Source: an uncultured Gammaproteobacteria bacterium
GTDB lineage: Bacteria; Patescibacteriota; Microgenomatia; CAZXEC01
Assembly (NCBI GenBank): GCA_964639595.1
Contig: CAZXEC010000001.1
Location: 390,903 to 454,902, forward strand
Length of the DNA: 64,000 bases
Direction of reading: 5' to 3'
Below, in pieces: positions 18,817-28,119 of the stretch; position 1 is the stretch's first letter, and each line of letters starts with the position of its first letter. The notes beneath the pieces were generated by a model that saw only the letters and a program-made list of their open reading frames with translations, was not told the DNA's origin and did no database searches. The position numbers were made by a program, and so were the translations under genes.

Positions 18817-19694
18817 ATACTATCTTTCACCAGCCGGTGCTTTTGGCCGAGTCCGTTGACTACTTGAATGTGACAAAAGGTAGGCGATATATTGATGCCA
18901 CTTTAGGTGGTGGTGGGCATACTTGGGAGATTTTAAAAAGAGGTGGTTTGGTTTTGGGGCTGGATGTTGATGAGGCGGCAATCACCTACTGCCAGGAGAG
19001 GTTTGGGCAGGAGGAAAATTTAGTTGTAAAGCAGGGTAATTTTGCCAAGATCGCCGATATTGCTGGCTCTGCCGGTTTTGATCAAGTTGAGGGGATACTG
19101 TTTGATCTGGGTTTATCGTCGCATCAGCTTGGTGCGGCAGAAAGAGGATTTTCGTTTGCCAAAGACGGGCCTTTGGATATGCGGGCGGATTTGTCACTGG
19201 GAGTCAAAGCAGCTGATCTAGTGGGAGTGTTATCAAAAAAGGAGCTCTATGAACTTTTTCAAAATTATGGTCAAGATCCCAATTCTTGGAGAGTGGCTAA
19301 CTATATTGTTAGCCAGCGTCGAATAGAACAGATTATCTCAACCAGGCAACTGGCAGGGATAATTGAGACGGCAACTGGCAAGACCAGACGTAAAATTCAT
19401 CCGGCAACCAGAATTTTTCAAGCGCTCAGAATTGCTGTCAATGATGAGATTGGGAATCTGAAGTTAGGGCTAAGTGGCGCCATGGCAGTTTTAAAGAAAG
19501 ACGGCAAACTGGTGGTTGTTAGTTATCATTCGCTGGAAGATCGGGTGGTTAAGGATTTTTTCAAGAGTCAGAAAAATTTACGCATCGTCAATGAAAAACC
19601 AATTTTACCAACCCGTGAAGAAATTGAAATTAACCCCAGGTCAAGAAGCGCCAAGATGAGAGTAGCAGAGAAAATAATGATGAATGATGAATGA
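18813..19694 (+). CDS. rsmH: 16S rRNA (cytosine1402-N4)-methyltransferase RsmH (MraW)
   Basis: HQPVLLAESVDYL...IDATLGGGGHT...GILFDLGLSSHQL. The C-terminal MMNDE is contributed by a repeat element. Confidence 0.85.
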   Translation: MNTIFHQPVLLAESVDYLNVTKGRRYIDATLGGGGHTWEILKRGGLVLGLDVDEAAITYCQERFGQEENLVVKQGNFAKIADIAGSAGFDQVEGILFDLGLSSHQLGAAERGFSFAKDGPLDMRADLSLGVKAADLVGVLSKKELYELFQNYGQDPNSWRVANYIVSQRRIEQIISTRQLAGIIETATGKTRRKIHPATRIFQALRIAVNDEIGNLKLGLSGAMAVLKKDGKLVVVSYHSLEDRVVKDFFKSQKNLRIVNEKPILPTREEIEINPRSRSAKMRVAEKIMMNDE

Positions 19695-19735
19695 TGAATG
19701 ATGAAGGATAAAAGATAAAAAATAAAGGTTTACTG
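19674..19735. repeat. AT-rich 'ATGAATGATGAAGGAT' dispersed repeat family, copy at the rsmH/ftsL junction
   Basis: ATAATGATGAATGATGAATGATGAATGATGAAGGATAAAAGATAAAAAATAAAGG. Confidence 0.5.
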
Positions 19736-19738
19736 CCC

Positions 19739-20050
19739 ATGTATTTTGCCAAAACAGAAACAACCAAATCCGCACAGCACTACCTATTCATTTTACTAAT
19801 AGTATTAATGCTGATATTGTCATTTTTACAGCTTGTTTTGGCTAACCACCTGGCGACGCAAGGCAGAACCATGGCCAAAATTGAAGAGCAGGTTGGCATT
19901 TTAGAAGAAGAGAATCAAGAACTGCAAAATCAGAAAGCTAAAATTACTTCGATAGGTCACATAGCCCAAGAGAGTCAAAGATTAGGCTTTTACAAGCCTG
20001 GCTCTTTCCTGTATATTTCTTCTCAGACGGTTGTGGCTTTGGCTAATTGA
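19739..20050 (+). CDS. ftsL: Cell division protein FtsL-like (single TM plus coiled coil)
   Basis: Position between rsmH and ftsI; one TM (HYLFILLIVLMLILSFLQLVLA) followed by a leucine-zipper-like segment. Confidence 0.5.
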   Translation: MYFAKTETTKSAQHYLFILLIVLMLILSFLQLVLANHLATQGRTMAKIEEQVGILEEENQELQNQKAKITSIGHIAQESQRLGFYKPGSFLYISSQTVVALAN

Positions 20051-20076
20051 AAATTCTCGTACATTTCTTGTAACTT

Positions 20077-21804
20077 ATGTGGAGAATCAAGTTCCTCTTT
20101 TTTGCTATTGTAGTGGTAGGATTTTTGATCATTGCCAGATTATTTTTTTGGCAAGTATTATCACAGGATAAACTTCAAGCTAGAGCAGAACAGCAGCACT
20201 GGTTTATAAGGGAAATCGGTGCCAGCAGGGGAGAAATATTTGATAGAAATGGTGCCAAACTAGTGGGGAATGATTTGGCCTTTTTGGTGTATGCCAACTT
20301 GCCGGCGCTTGTCGAATCGCAAAAAGCAGAAATTGCCAGAGTCCTGGCGCCGGTTGTCTATCAAGGTAATGAAGCCACGGCCTCGGCAGTTGATTTGCCT
20401 GCTAGCAAGAATTTCCAAGAGGAGATTTTAGCAAAATTAAATCAATCCAATTTAATTTGGGTGCCTCTGGCGCGCAAAATTAGCCAGCAATCCAAAAAAA
20501 CTATTGAATCTTATAATTTTGACGGCATAAACTTTGAGCAAGACAACCAAAGATTTTATCCGGAAGCATCCATGGCAGCCCAACTCTTAGGGTTTGTCGG
20601 CTCTGACCAGGACGGTCGCGATAGAGGTTATTTCGGGCTAGAAGGATTTTACCACCAGGATCTTAAGGGTAAGCCGGGGGAAGTTCAACAAGAACGTGAT
20701 GCCCGTGGTCGGCCCATCCTGATTGGCGGGTATAAAATTGGCCAAGCAGAAGATGGCAGGAATTTACAACTCTACCTGGATCGTACTATTCAATATTTTG
20801 CAGAAAAACATTTGGCAGCAGGTGTTTTGAGATATGGGGCCAAATCAGGCTCGGTGGTGGTAGTGGATCCTCAAACCGGTGGGATATTGGCGATGGCTTC
20901 TTATCCGGCATATGATCCATTAAACTTTACCAAGTATCCGGCTGTCCTCTATAAAAACCCGCTGGTGGCTGATACTTATGAGCCAGGATCAACTTTTAAA
21001 GTGTTTATTATGTCGGCGGCGCTCCAGGAAAGTTTAGTAAAGCCGGACACCATTTGTCCTATCTGCCATGGACCTAAGAAAATTGGTGAGTATGCTGTCA
21101 GAACTTGGGACAATAAGTACAGAGCCAACTCTACCATGGCTGATGTTATCATACACTCGGATAACGTTGGCATGACCCATGTGGCTGACTTGTTGGGACT
21201 AGATAGGCTATATAAATATATTGAAAATTTTGGTTTCGGCCAACTGACAGGAATTGACTTGCAGGATGAAGCGGCAGCCCAGTTGCGCCCCAAAAGTGAT
21301 TGGTATCCGATTGATGTGGCAACTGCCTCATTCGGTCAAGGAGTAGCAGTGACTGCTATCCAAATGGTTAGTGCTGTATCAACACTGGCTAACGGTGGGA
21401 AATTAATGGAACCGCATGTGGTTGAAAAAATTATTGGGAGAGATAAAACAATCGAAATAAAACCTAAAATTATCAGGCAGATTTTAAGACCGGAAACAAC
21501 CAAGCAGGTGACTGAAATAATGGTGCAGGCAGTAGAAAAAGGAGAAGCCAAATGGACCAGGCTTTCTGGCTTTAGAATTGCCGGTAAAACCGGGACGGCC
21601 CAGATTCCCATTGCCGGGCATTATGATCCCAAAAAGACCATTGCTTCTTTTGTGGGATTTGCGCCAGCTGATCAGGCCCGCTTTGTGATGTTGGTCAGGT
21701 ATGATGAGCCAACCAGTTCTCCTTATGGAGCAGAAACCGCCGCTCCCACTTTTTTTGCCATTGCCCGCGATATTTTAGGCTATCTAAATATTGCCCCGCA
21801 GTAG
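20077..21804 (+). CDS. ftsI: Peptidoglycan D,D-transpeptidase FtsI (class B PBP)
   Basis: STFK (EPGSTFKVF), SDN (HSDNVG) and KTGT (AGKTGTAQ) motifs. N-terminal TM plus dimerisation domain. Confidence 0.85.
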   Translation: MWRIKFLFFAIVVVGFLIIARLFFWQVLSQDKLQARAEQQHWFIREIGASRGEIFDRNGAKLVGNDLAFLVYANLPALVESQKAEIARVLAPVVYQGNEATASAVDLPASKNFQEEILAKLNQSNLIWVPLARKISQQSKKTIESYNFDGINFEQDNQRFYPEASMAAQLLGFVGSDQDGRDRGYFGLEGFYHQDLKGKPGEVQQERDARGRPILIGGYKIGQAEDGRNLQLYLDRTIQYFAEKHLAAGVLRYGAKSGSVVVVDPQTGGILAMASYPAYDPLNFTKYPAVLYKNPLVADTYEPGSTFKVFIMSAALQESLVKPDTICPICHGPKKIGEYAVRTWDNKYRANSTMADVIIHSDNVGMTHVADLLGLDRLYKYIENFGFGQLTGIDLQDEAAAQLRPKSDWYPIDVATASFGQGVAVTAIQMVSAVSTLANGGKLMEPHVVEKIIGRDKTIEIKPKIIRQILRPETTKQVTEIMVQAVEKGEAKWTRLSGFRIAGKTGTAQIPIAGHYDPKKTIASFVGFAPADQARFVMLVRYDEPTSSPYGAETAAPTFFAIARDILGYLNIAPQ

Positions 21805-21808
21805 CTTG

Positions 21809-22510
21809 CTACCAAGCAGCGCTGGGATGCTCACGATCAATAATGAATTTCTTAAAATTACCCTGGCAGTATTTTTGGGCCAGTAGTTCAAATTCTGCCA
21901 TAGCCAGATCTAAATTTTGCCTATTTTCATCAGGAGATTCAAAAACCAAGATGGCATTTTTGGTCTGTTCTGTTAGTTTGGTCCTGTCGCCTTCTCGCCA
22001 ATTCCATCTTCTACAAACTGCACCACTGTTATCTTTATAAATAACTTCACCCACCACAGGCGGATCGTTGGCTGTTTGCCCTAAAGGGATAAACTCTTCA
22101 CGGCCGCTGGCAAAATTAAAGATTAGATCGCCGTCTATTTTATCAAGATCTTCTCCGCCGACTGCCAGCAGATATTTTAAGGAAATATAATTGTATAAGT
22201 CGACTAATTTGTTAATATGAGGCAGGGGGTTTTCTCTTGCAGCTCTTCTTACCAGTGCCTCGATTGAGCTTCTATAGTCATGAGGATCGCAACCAAATTT
22301 TCTATATATATTTCTCCAGGCAAGAATTGTGGGGTGTTCTGCCACAGATGCAAACTGGGAAAATGCTTGTCTGACCTCTCTTTCGGCTTGTCTTTGCAGG
22401 TTGCCAATTGTTACCTCATCGCCATTATTATCCAAATTAAATCCAACTATGGCGCCGATAGTAATATTGGCAAATGACTCAAAAATAGCGTCTGACACTA
22501 CTAATTTCAT
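21809..22510 (-). CDS. Stand-alone B3/4 (PheT tRNA-binding-like) domain protein
   Basis: PHINKLVDLYNYISLKYLLAVGGEDLDKIDGDLIFNFASG closely resembles the PheT B3/4 domain core. It is one of the few minus-strand genes. Confidence 0.5.
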   Translation of the reverse strand: MKLVVSDAIFESFANITIGAIVGFNLDNNGDEVTIGNLQRQAEREVRQAFSQFASVAEHPTILAWRNIYRKFGCDPHDYRSSIEALVRRAARENPLPHINKLVDLYNYISLKYLLAVGGEDLDKIDGDLIFNFASGREEFIPLGQTANDPPVVGEVIYKDNSGAVCRRWNWREGDRTKLTEQTKNAILVFESPDENRQNLDLAMAEFELLAQKYCQGNFKKFIIDREHPSAAW

Positions 22511-22576
22511 GACAAGAGTATATACAAAAAAAGTAGCAAATTACAACTGATTAAGATATAATTAGCTTCCAGATCA

Positions 22577-23797
22577 ATGCTACAGACTCTCAAAAACTGG
22601 TACCACTTGCTGCAAGCCTTAACAGCCTGTTTCTGGTTTGGTTTTCCTTCCGCCAGACTTCAGGTAATTGGCGTCACTGGCACTGATGGTAAGACCACCA
22701 CAGTCAATCTGATTTACCACATCCTCAGGCAAGCTGGTAAAAAAGTATCAATGGTGTCCTCAATCAATGCCGTGTTGGGCAACGAGGATTATGATACCGG
22801 CTTTCATGTGACCACCCCTGACCCTTATTTTTTGCAAAAATATCTTAAAATGGCGGCGGATGACGGTGCGGAATATATGATAGTGGAAGCCACTTCCCAT
22901 GGTTTGGACCAAAACCGCCTCTGGGGAGTAAAATTTAAGGCCGCGGTTGTTACCAATATTACTCATGAACACCTGGATTATCACAAGACTTACCAGAATT
23001 ACTTAAAGTCCAAGGCCAAACTTTTTACCAATGTTGATTTGAGTATTCTTAACTTGGATGATCAGTCTTATTGGGTACTAGCTAAATTAGCTGCCGGTAA
23101 AAAAATAACCTATTCCCTAAAAAATAATACTGCCGACTATACAGTTGATAAATTTCCCTTCCAGACCAAGCTGACCGGAGAGTACAATAAATATAATATT
23201 TTGGCAGCACTGGCCTGTTGTCGGGAGTTGGGAATTGATAAGCAGGCCATACGAGATGCCATTGCCGGCTTTTCGTCGTTGGCAGGCAGGATGGAAAAAA
23301 TTGACTTGGGGCAGGATTTTTCTGTGGTGGTTGATTTTGCCCATACACCAAATGCCCTAGGCCAGGCCTTAGGCGCACTGCGTTCAACTACCAAAGGTAG
23401 ATTGATGGCTGTTTTTGGCTGTGCTGGCTTGCGGGACAGGCAAAAAAGGCCGCTGATGGGACAGGTAGCAGGAAAACTGGCAGATCTGGCAGTAATTACC
23501 GCTGAAGATCCCAGGACTGAAGATGTCGGGCAAATTATTGATCAGATTGCCCAGGGCATGCAACAATCAGGGATGGAGGAATCAATGATGAATGATAAAG
23601 GATTAAGGATGAAAGGTTTTTATAAAGTGCCTGATAGAAAAGAAGCAATAGAGTTTGCCATCAATCTGGCGCAAACCGGTGATACAATAGGGATTTTTGG
23701 TAAAGGACACGAAAAATCTATGTGCTATGGTACGAAAGAATATTCCTGGTCAGATCAGGAGGCTGCTTACGCCGCCATCAGGAAAAGGTTATCATGA
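22577..23797 (+). CDS. murE: UDP-MurNAc-L-Ala-D-Glu:diamino acid ligase MurE, short form lacking the N-terminal domain; contains an in-frame repeat-derived insertion
   Basis: P-loop VIGVTGTDGKTTT at about residue 30, and DFAHTPNAL (MurE domain 3). The segment SGMEESMMNDKGLRMKG (23571-23613) coincides with a dispersed repeat. Confidence 0.7.
   Translation: MLQTLKNWYHLLQALTACFWFGFPSARLQVIGVTGTDGKTTTVNLIYHILRQAGKKVSMVSSINAVLGNEDYDTGFHVTTPDPYFLQKYLKMAADDGAEYMIVEATSHGLDQNRLWGVKFKAAVVTNITHEHLDYHKTYQNYLKSKAKLFTNVDLSILNLDDQSYWVLAKLAAGKKITYSLKNNTADYTVDKFPFQTKLTGEYNKYNILAALACCRELGIDKQAIRDAIAGFSSLAGRMEKIDLGQDFSVVVDFAHTPNALGQALGALRSTTKGRLMAVFGCAGLRDRQKRPLMGQVAGKLADLAVITAEDPRTEDVGQIIDQIAQGMQQSGMEESMMNDKGLRMKGFYKVPDRKEAIEFAINLAQTGDTIGIFGKGHEKSMCYGTKEYSWSDQEAAYAAIRKRLS
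23571..23613. repeat. Same repeat family, copy in frame inside murE
   Basis: …ATCAATGATGAATGATAAAGGATTAAGGATGAAAGG shares a 17-mer (AATGATAAAGGATTAAG) with the reverse complement of 30446-30462. Confidence 0.5.
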
Positions 23798-24540
23798 AAA
23801 TAGCTGGTATAATTTTAGCAGCCGGTAAAGGCACCCGTTTTAATAAAGGCGCGCCATCACGCCTGCCCAAAGTGTTATACAAAATTGGTGGTCGACCAAT
23901 GCTTGGTTATACTTTGGATATCCTCAAGCATTTAGGGGTTGAACCCCTCAATACAGTGATTGTGATTGGACATCAAGGCCACCTGGTCAGGCAATTTGCC
24001 GGCAGCCAATATAAATATGCTATTCAAAATCCACCCCTGGGAACAGGTGATGCCTTAAAGTGTGGACTTGGCCAAGTTCCAGCGGACTTTAATACCGTCC
24101 TTTGCTTAAATGGTGATGATAGTGCTTTTTATAAACCACAGACTATCAATAAGATTATAAAAATCCATTTCCAAGAAAAATCAACTATCACCTTTGTCAC
24201 ATTACAAAAAGAAAATCCTGTTGGCTTGGGAAGAATCATCAGGGATCAAGCCGATCACCTGCAGGGTATTATTGAAGAAAAAGATGCCACTGACAGAGAG
24301 AGACAAATCAAAGAAGTAAATGATGGATTATATATATTTGAAAAAAACTGGCTAACCGACAATATTGTTGACCTTCCACGCGGTCCACAAGGAGAATATT
24401 ATTTGGTAGACTTAGTAAAGATGGCGCTGGGCCAAAACAAGAAAGTGATTGCCTATAAACTGACGGATGCCAGCCAATGGTGGGGTGTTAATACCCCGGA
24501 AGAATTGATCCAGGCCAATCAACTGATGTCAAAGGAATAA
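23794..24540 (+). CDS. glmU: GlmU N-terminal domain homologue (GlcNAc-1-P uridylyltransferase) as a separate ORF
   Basis: MKIAGIILAAGKGTRF...LPKVLYKIGGRPMLGYTLD. ATGA overlap with murE. It ends at the position of the GlmU interdomain linker. Confidence 0.6.
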   Translation: MKIAGIILAAGKGTRFNKGAPSRLPKVLYKIGGRPMLGYTLDILKHLGVEPLNTVIVIGHQGHLVRQFAGSQYKYAIQNPPLGTGDALKCGLGQVPADFNTVLCLNGDDSAFYKPQTINKIIKIHFQEKSTITFVTLQKENPVGLGRIIRDQADHLQGIIEEKDATDRERQIKEVNDGLYIFEKNWLTDNIVDLPRGPQGEYYLVDLVKMALGQNKKVIAYKLTDASQWWGVNTPEELIQANQLMSKE

Positions 24541-24543
24541 TCA

Positions 24544-25215
24544 ATGAATTTAAAATTTCCGGACTGGGAGAGATCACAGAAGAAAATTGACCAACTTCAG
24601 TCTGCCGGGGTGCGCTTTTATCAACCTGGTAGTTGTGTGGTGGCAGAGAAGGTACAAATCAAATCAGGTACAGCAATTTTACCCAACTGCCGCATTTTAG
24701 GGAAAACCACGATTGGTAAAAATTGCCAGATAGGACCGGATTGCTTAATAGATAATTGCCAAATTGGTGATGATTGCCAGATTGTCGCGTCTTGCTTGGA
24801 AGAGGCGGTCATTGAAAGTAGTGTTGATATTGGCCCGTATTCTCATATTAGAGAGGGCACGGTTATTAAAAAAAGCGCTCATATTGGAAATTTTGTAGAA
24901 ACAAAAAATACCGAAATTGGCCAAAGTACCAGAGTTGGACATATGTCATATCTTGGTGATGCGACAGTTGGCCAAGATGTCAATGTGGGAGCAGGGGCTG
25001 TTGTTGCTAATTTTGACGGACAAAAAAAATATCAAACTAAAATTGGATCAGGAACTCAAGTTGGGTCAGATACCATCCTTGTTGCTCCTGTTTCTGTGGG
25101 ACGGAATGCCAAAACTGGTGCCGGAGCAGTGGTGATTGAAGATATTCCCGATGATGCCTTGGCAGTCGGAGTGCCGGCCAAAGTTATCAAAGTGAGAGGG
25201 GTAAGAATTAAATGA
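24544..25215 (+). CDS. glmU: GlmU C-terminal domain homologue (GlcN-1-P N-acetyltransferase, LbH) as a separate ORF
   Basis: HMSYLGDATVGQDVNVGAGAVVANFDGQKKYQTKIGSGTQVGSDTILVAPVSVG matches the GlmU acetyltransferase core. Confidence 0.6.
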   Translation: MNLKFPDWERSQKKIDQLQSAGVRFYQPGSCVVAEKVQIKSGTAILPNCRILGKTTIGKNCQIGPDCLIDNCQIGDDCQIVASCLEEAVIESSVDIGPYSHIREGTVIKKSAHIGNFVETKNTEIGQSTRVGHMSYLGDATVGQDVNVGAGAVVANFDGQKKYQTKIGSGTQVGSDTILVAPVSVGRNAKTGAGAVVIEDIPDDALAVGVPAKVIKVRGVRIK

Positions 25216-26393
25216 GATTGTATGAATTTGAAGCCCGCCAACTCTTAAAAGATCAAGGAGTGAACGTCCCTGATGGGAAACTTATCACCAGTGTCGAAGA
25301 CCTTAAAAAATTACCCGCAGATTATTTGGTTGTCAAAGCGCAAGTATTGACAGGCGGCAGGCAAAAAGGCAATCTGGTGAGAATCAGAGATAATGCCGGT
25401 CAAGTAGCTGCCGACGTTAAAGAATTATTATCTGAAAAAGATGATTATGTTTCCTCTATATTGGTTTGTCAAAAAATTACTTCACAAAAAGAATATTATG
25501 TTAGTTTTTCTTATGATACTTCCAGCCGAACTCCGGTGTTAGCTTTTTCTGATCAGGGAGGCGTTGATATTGAAGATGCCAAAAAGGTGAAAATTTATCC
25601 GATTGATCCATTGACTGATTTTGATCCGTCAGCTTTACCGATTCCGAAGGATTTAGTTGACACAGTGGCCAAACTATATCAGGTTTTTGTCAAATATGAT
25701 TGCGAGCTGGTGGAAGTAAATCCCCTGGTGGTTGATACTGCAGGACAAATTCTGGCGCTTGATGCCAAGATTATTTTGGATGATGATGCGGACTTTCGCA
25801 GAGAAGCAAACCCCGATTTAATCGGGGTAAAATTCCCGGAAAGAAATTTATTTGGCAGAGCTTCAACAGAAGCAGAAATTGAGGCCAGAACTATTGATGA
25901 GGGAGATCATCGAGGCACAGCCGGTTCTGTTTATTGGGATCTACCAGGTGACATTGCAGTGCTGGCTGCCGGCGGCGGCGGTTCTATTGTCTGCATGGAT
26001 GCTTTAATCGCCTTGGGAGGCAAACCTGCCAATTATACCGAGCATTCCGGCAATCCGCCTCGAGAAAAAATTAAACAGCTGACTAAAATAATTCTTGCCA
26101 AAAGTGGTTTGAAAGGTTGTTGGGTGGTAGGCGGCACCGCTAATTTTACAGATATTTATGAAACCTTGATGGGTTTTGTGGAAGGTTTAAGAGAAACCAG
26201 CCCCAAGCCTGGTTATCCGATTGTGATCCGTCGCGGCGGCCCCAGGGATCGTGAAGCTTTTGAGGCGCTAAAAGAAATTGGTAAAAAAGAAGGCTATGAT
26301 TTTCATATATATGGTCGGGAAACACCCATGACAGCGACAGCCAAAACAATAGTGGAACTGGCTTATGGCAAAGGGGAAAGGGGTAAAGGGTGA
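25212..26393 (+). CDS. SucC-like ATP-grasp subunit (succinyl-CoA synthetase beta, citryl-CoA synthetase large subunit, or ACL beta-like)
   Basis: MRLYEFEARQLLKDQGVNVPDGK... aligns with SucC throughout (…GGKPANYTEHSGNPP…). The C-terminal GKGERGKG tail is contributed by a GC-rich repeat element. Confidence 0.7.
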   Translation: MRLYEFEARQLLKDQGVNVPDGKLITSVEDLKKLPADYLVVKAQVLTGGRQKGNLVRIRDNAGQVAADVKELLSEKDDYVSSILVCQKITSQKEYYVSFSYDTSSRTPVLAFSDQGGVDIEDAKKVKIYPIDPLTDFDPSALPIPKDLVDTVAKLYQVFVKYDCELVEVNPLVVDTAGQILALDAKIILDDDADFRREANPDLIGVKFPERNLFGRASTEAEIEARTIDEGDHRGTAGSVYWDLPGDIAVLAAGGGGSIVCMDALIALGGKPANYTEHSGNPPREKIKQLTKIILAKSGLKGCWVVGGTANFTDIYETLMGFVEGLRETSPKPGYPIVIRRGGPRDREAFEALKEIGKKEGYDFHIYGRETPMTATAKTIVELAYGKGERGKG

Positions 26394-26430
26394 AGAAAAT
26401 CTTTCCCCTAAACGCTTGACGCTTTACCCT
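26371..26430. repeat. GC-rich palindromic element copy 2 at the sucC-like/sucD-like junction
   Basis: AAGGGGAAAGGGGTAAAGGGTGAAG...CTTTCCCC...CTTGACGCTTTACCC. The stems GGGGAAAG/CTTTCCCC and GGGTAAAG/CTTTACCC pair. Confidence 0.45.
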
Positions 26431-26435
26431 AACTA

Positions 26436-27347
26436 ATGATTTTAATAAACGAAAAAACTAAAGTTTTGGTACAGGGGATCACTGGTAAAGAAGGTTCCAA
26501 AGTGGCTTTGCAGATGCAAAACTATGGCACTAAAGTCTTGGCCGGAGTCACTCCGGGAAAAGGCGGAGAAGAAGTACATGGAGTACCAGTATATGACACA
26601 GTCGCCCAAGCTCTAAAAAACCACCCAGGTATTAATGCTTCGTTTGTGGCAGTACCTAATTTTGCCGCCTTATCAGCAGTTAAAGAAGCAGCAGTAGCCA
26701 AAATTGGGCTGATTAATGTTTTAACTGAACATGTACCGGTTCATGATACGGCTGTGATGATTGCCTTGGCCAAACAAAATAACGTCTGTTTGGTTGGCCC
26801 CAGTTCAATCGGGATTATCGCACCCGGAACTGGTAAAATTGGTTCAATCGGCGGAGATGACCCGCGGGGGGTATTTAGTCCAGGGGTGGTAGGTGTAATT
26901 TCCAAAAGCGGCGGCATGGCCTCGGAGATTTCCTGGATTTTAACAACAGCCGGTCTGGGGCAGTCAACAGTAGTGGGAATTGGCGGCGATATTTTAATAG
27001 GTAGCAATTTTGCCGATCTTTTATTACAATTCGATGGAGATGATCAAACCCGGGTGGTGGTGTTGTTTGGAGAAATTGGCGGTACTTACGAAGAGGAAGC
27101 AGCAGAATATATAAGTGGTAAGGGGAAAGCGGGAAGGGGAAAGTTTAGTAAACCAGTGGTGGCTTTTGTGTCCGGTTTATTTGCAGAAACCTTGCCTTCT
27201 GGTACCAAACTGGGGCATGCCGGAGCGATAGTTTACGGTAATAAAGGAAGTTATCCATCTAAGGTAGAGGCGCTCAAGAGAGCTGGAGTAGTGATGGCCA
27301 AGACCCTGGATGAAATCCCGACTTTGGTAAAAAAGGAGCTAAAATAA
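26436..27347 (+). CDS. SucD-like CoA-binding subunit with phospho-His loop
   Basis: KVLVQGITGKEGS (CoA-binding Rossmann) and TKLGHAGAIV (SucD catalytic His loop). Confidence 0.75.
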   Translation: MILINEKTKVLVQGITGKEGSKVALQMQNYGTKVLAGVTPGKGGEEVHGVPVYDTVAQALKNHPGINASFVAVPNFAALSAVKEAAVAKIGLINVLTEHVPVHDTAVMIALAKQNNVCLVGPSSIGIIAPGTGKIGSIGGDDPRGVFSPGVVGVISKSGGMASEISWILTTAGLGQSTVVGIGGDILIGSNFADLLLQFDGDDQTRVVVLFGEIGGTYEEEAAEYISGKGKAGRGKFSKPVVAFVSGLFAETLPSGTKLGHAGAIVYGNKGSYPSKVEALKRAGVVMAKTLDEIPTLVKKELK

Positions 27348-27352
27348 CAATT

Positions 27353-28117
27353 ATGGATAAGCAAAGCTTTTCTTCGAATAAAAGGTGGAAGACAGCCATT
27401 TCCGCAATAATTGACGGCCAACCTCACATTAGGGGCTATAAACTGGCAGATCTGGTGGATAAACTTACCCTTACCGAGGTGATCTTTTTGGAACTTAAAG
27501 GAGAATTACCGACAGGTAGCCAGCGCCAGATGATGGATGCTATTTTAATCTCCACTGTTGATAATGGTTTGGGCCCGCCGTCTGTTACTAACGCCCGAAA
27601 CTCGGCATCAAGTGTCAATCCGATGCAAGCATCAGTGGCTGCCGGAATTTTAGGTATCGGGGAGGCACATGGCGGGGCTATTGAGGAAGCAGCCCACCTA
27701 TTGCAGATGGGATACGCGGCTCCAGTTCTGGTAGAAAAAATTTTAGGCAAAGGCGATAGGATTCCCGGCTATGGCCACAAAGTCTATGATATTGACCCCA
27801 GAGCAACCCAGCTTTTGGACAAAGCCCAACAACTGGGATTTTATGGCGAGTACTGCACTTTGGCCAAAGAGGTAGGCAACGAACTGGAAAAGCAAAAAGG
27901 CAAGAAAATTCCCCTCAACGTTGATGGGGCTATTGCCGCCATTGTGTCTGATATGGGTTTTGACTGGCGTCTGGGCAAGGGCTTTTTCATAATCGGCAGA
28001 ACAGTCGCTTTGGTGGCTCACAGTTTTGAGGAGACAACCAGAGAAAAACCTTTCCGAAGAATTAGCGATGAAGATATTGAATACGACGGTCCTAACCCAA
28101 GAAAACTACCGCGTTAA
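27353..28117 (+). CDS. Citrate-synthase C-terminal-domain-like protein (citryl-CoA lyase-like, ~254 aa)
   Basis: All three citrate-synthase catalytic positions are conserved: HGGAIEE, GYGHKVYDIDPRA and NVDGA, plus GRTVALVAHSFEE. The size matches stand-alone Ccl. Confidence 0.55.
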   Translation: MDKQSFSSNKRWKTAISAIIDGQPHIRGYKLADLVDKLTLTEVIFLELKGELPTGSQRQMMDAILISTVDNGLGPPSVTNARNSASSVNPMQASVAAGILGIGEAHGGAIEEAAHLLQMGYAAPVLVEKILGKGDRIPGYGHKVYDIDPRATQLLDKAQQLGFYGEYCTLAKEVGNELEKQKGKKIPLNVDGAIAAIVSDMGFDWRLGKGFFIIGRTVALVAHSFEETTREKPFRRISDEDIEYDGPNPRKLPR

Positions 28118-28119
28118 TA

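Noticed and set aside
26414-26440. TTGACG in the GC-rich repeat as a -35 for the sucD-like gene
   Set aside because: It is only 17 nt from the ATG and has no -10 hexamer. More likely part of the repeat or hairpin.
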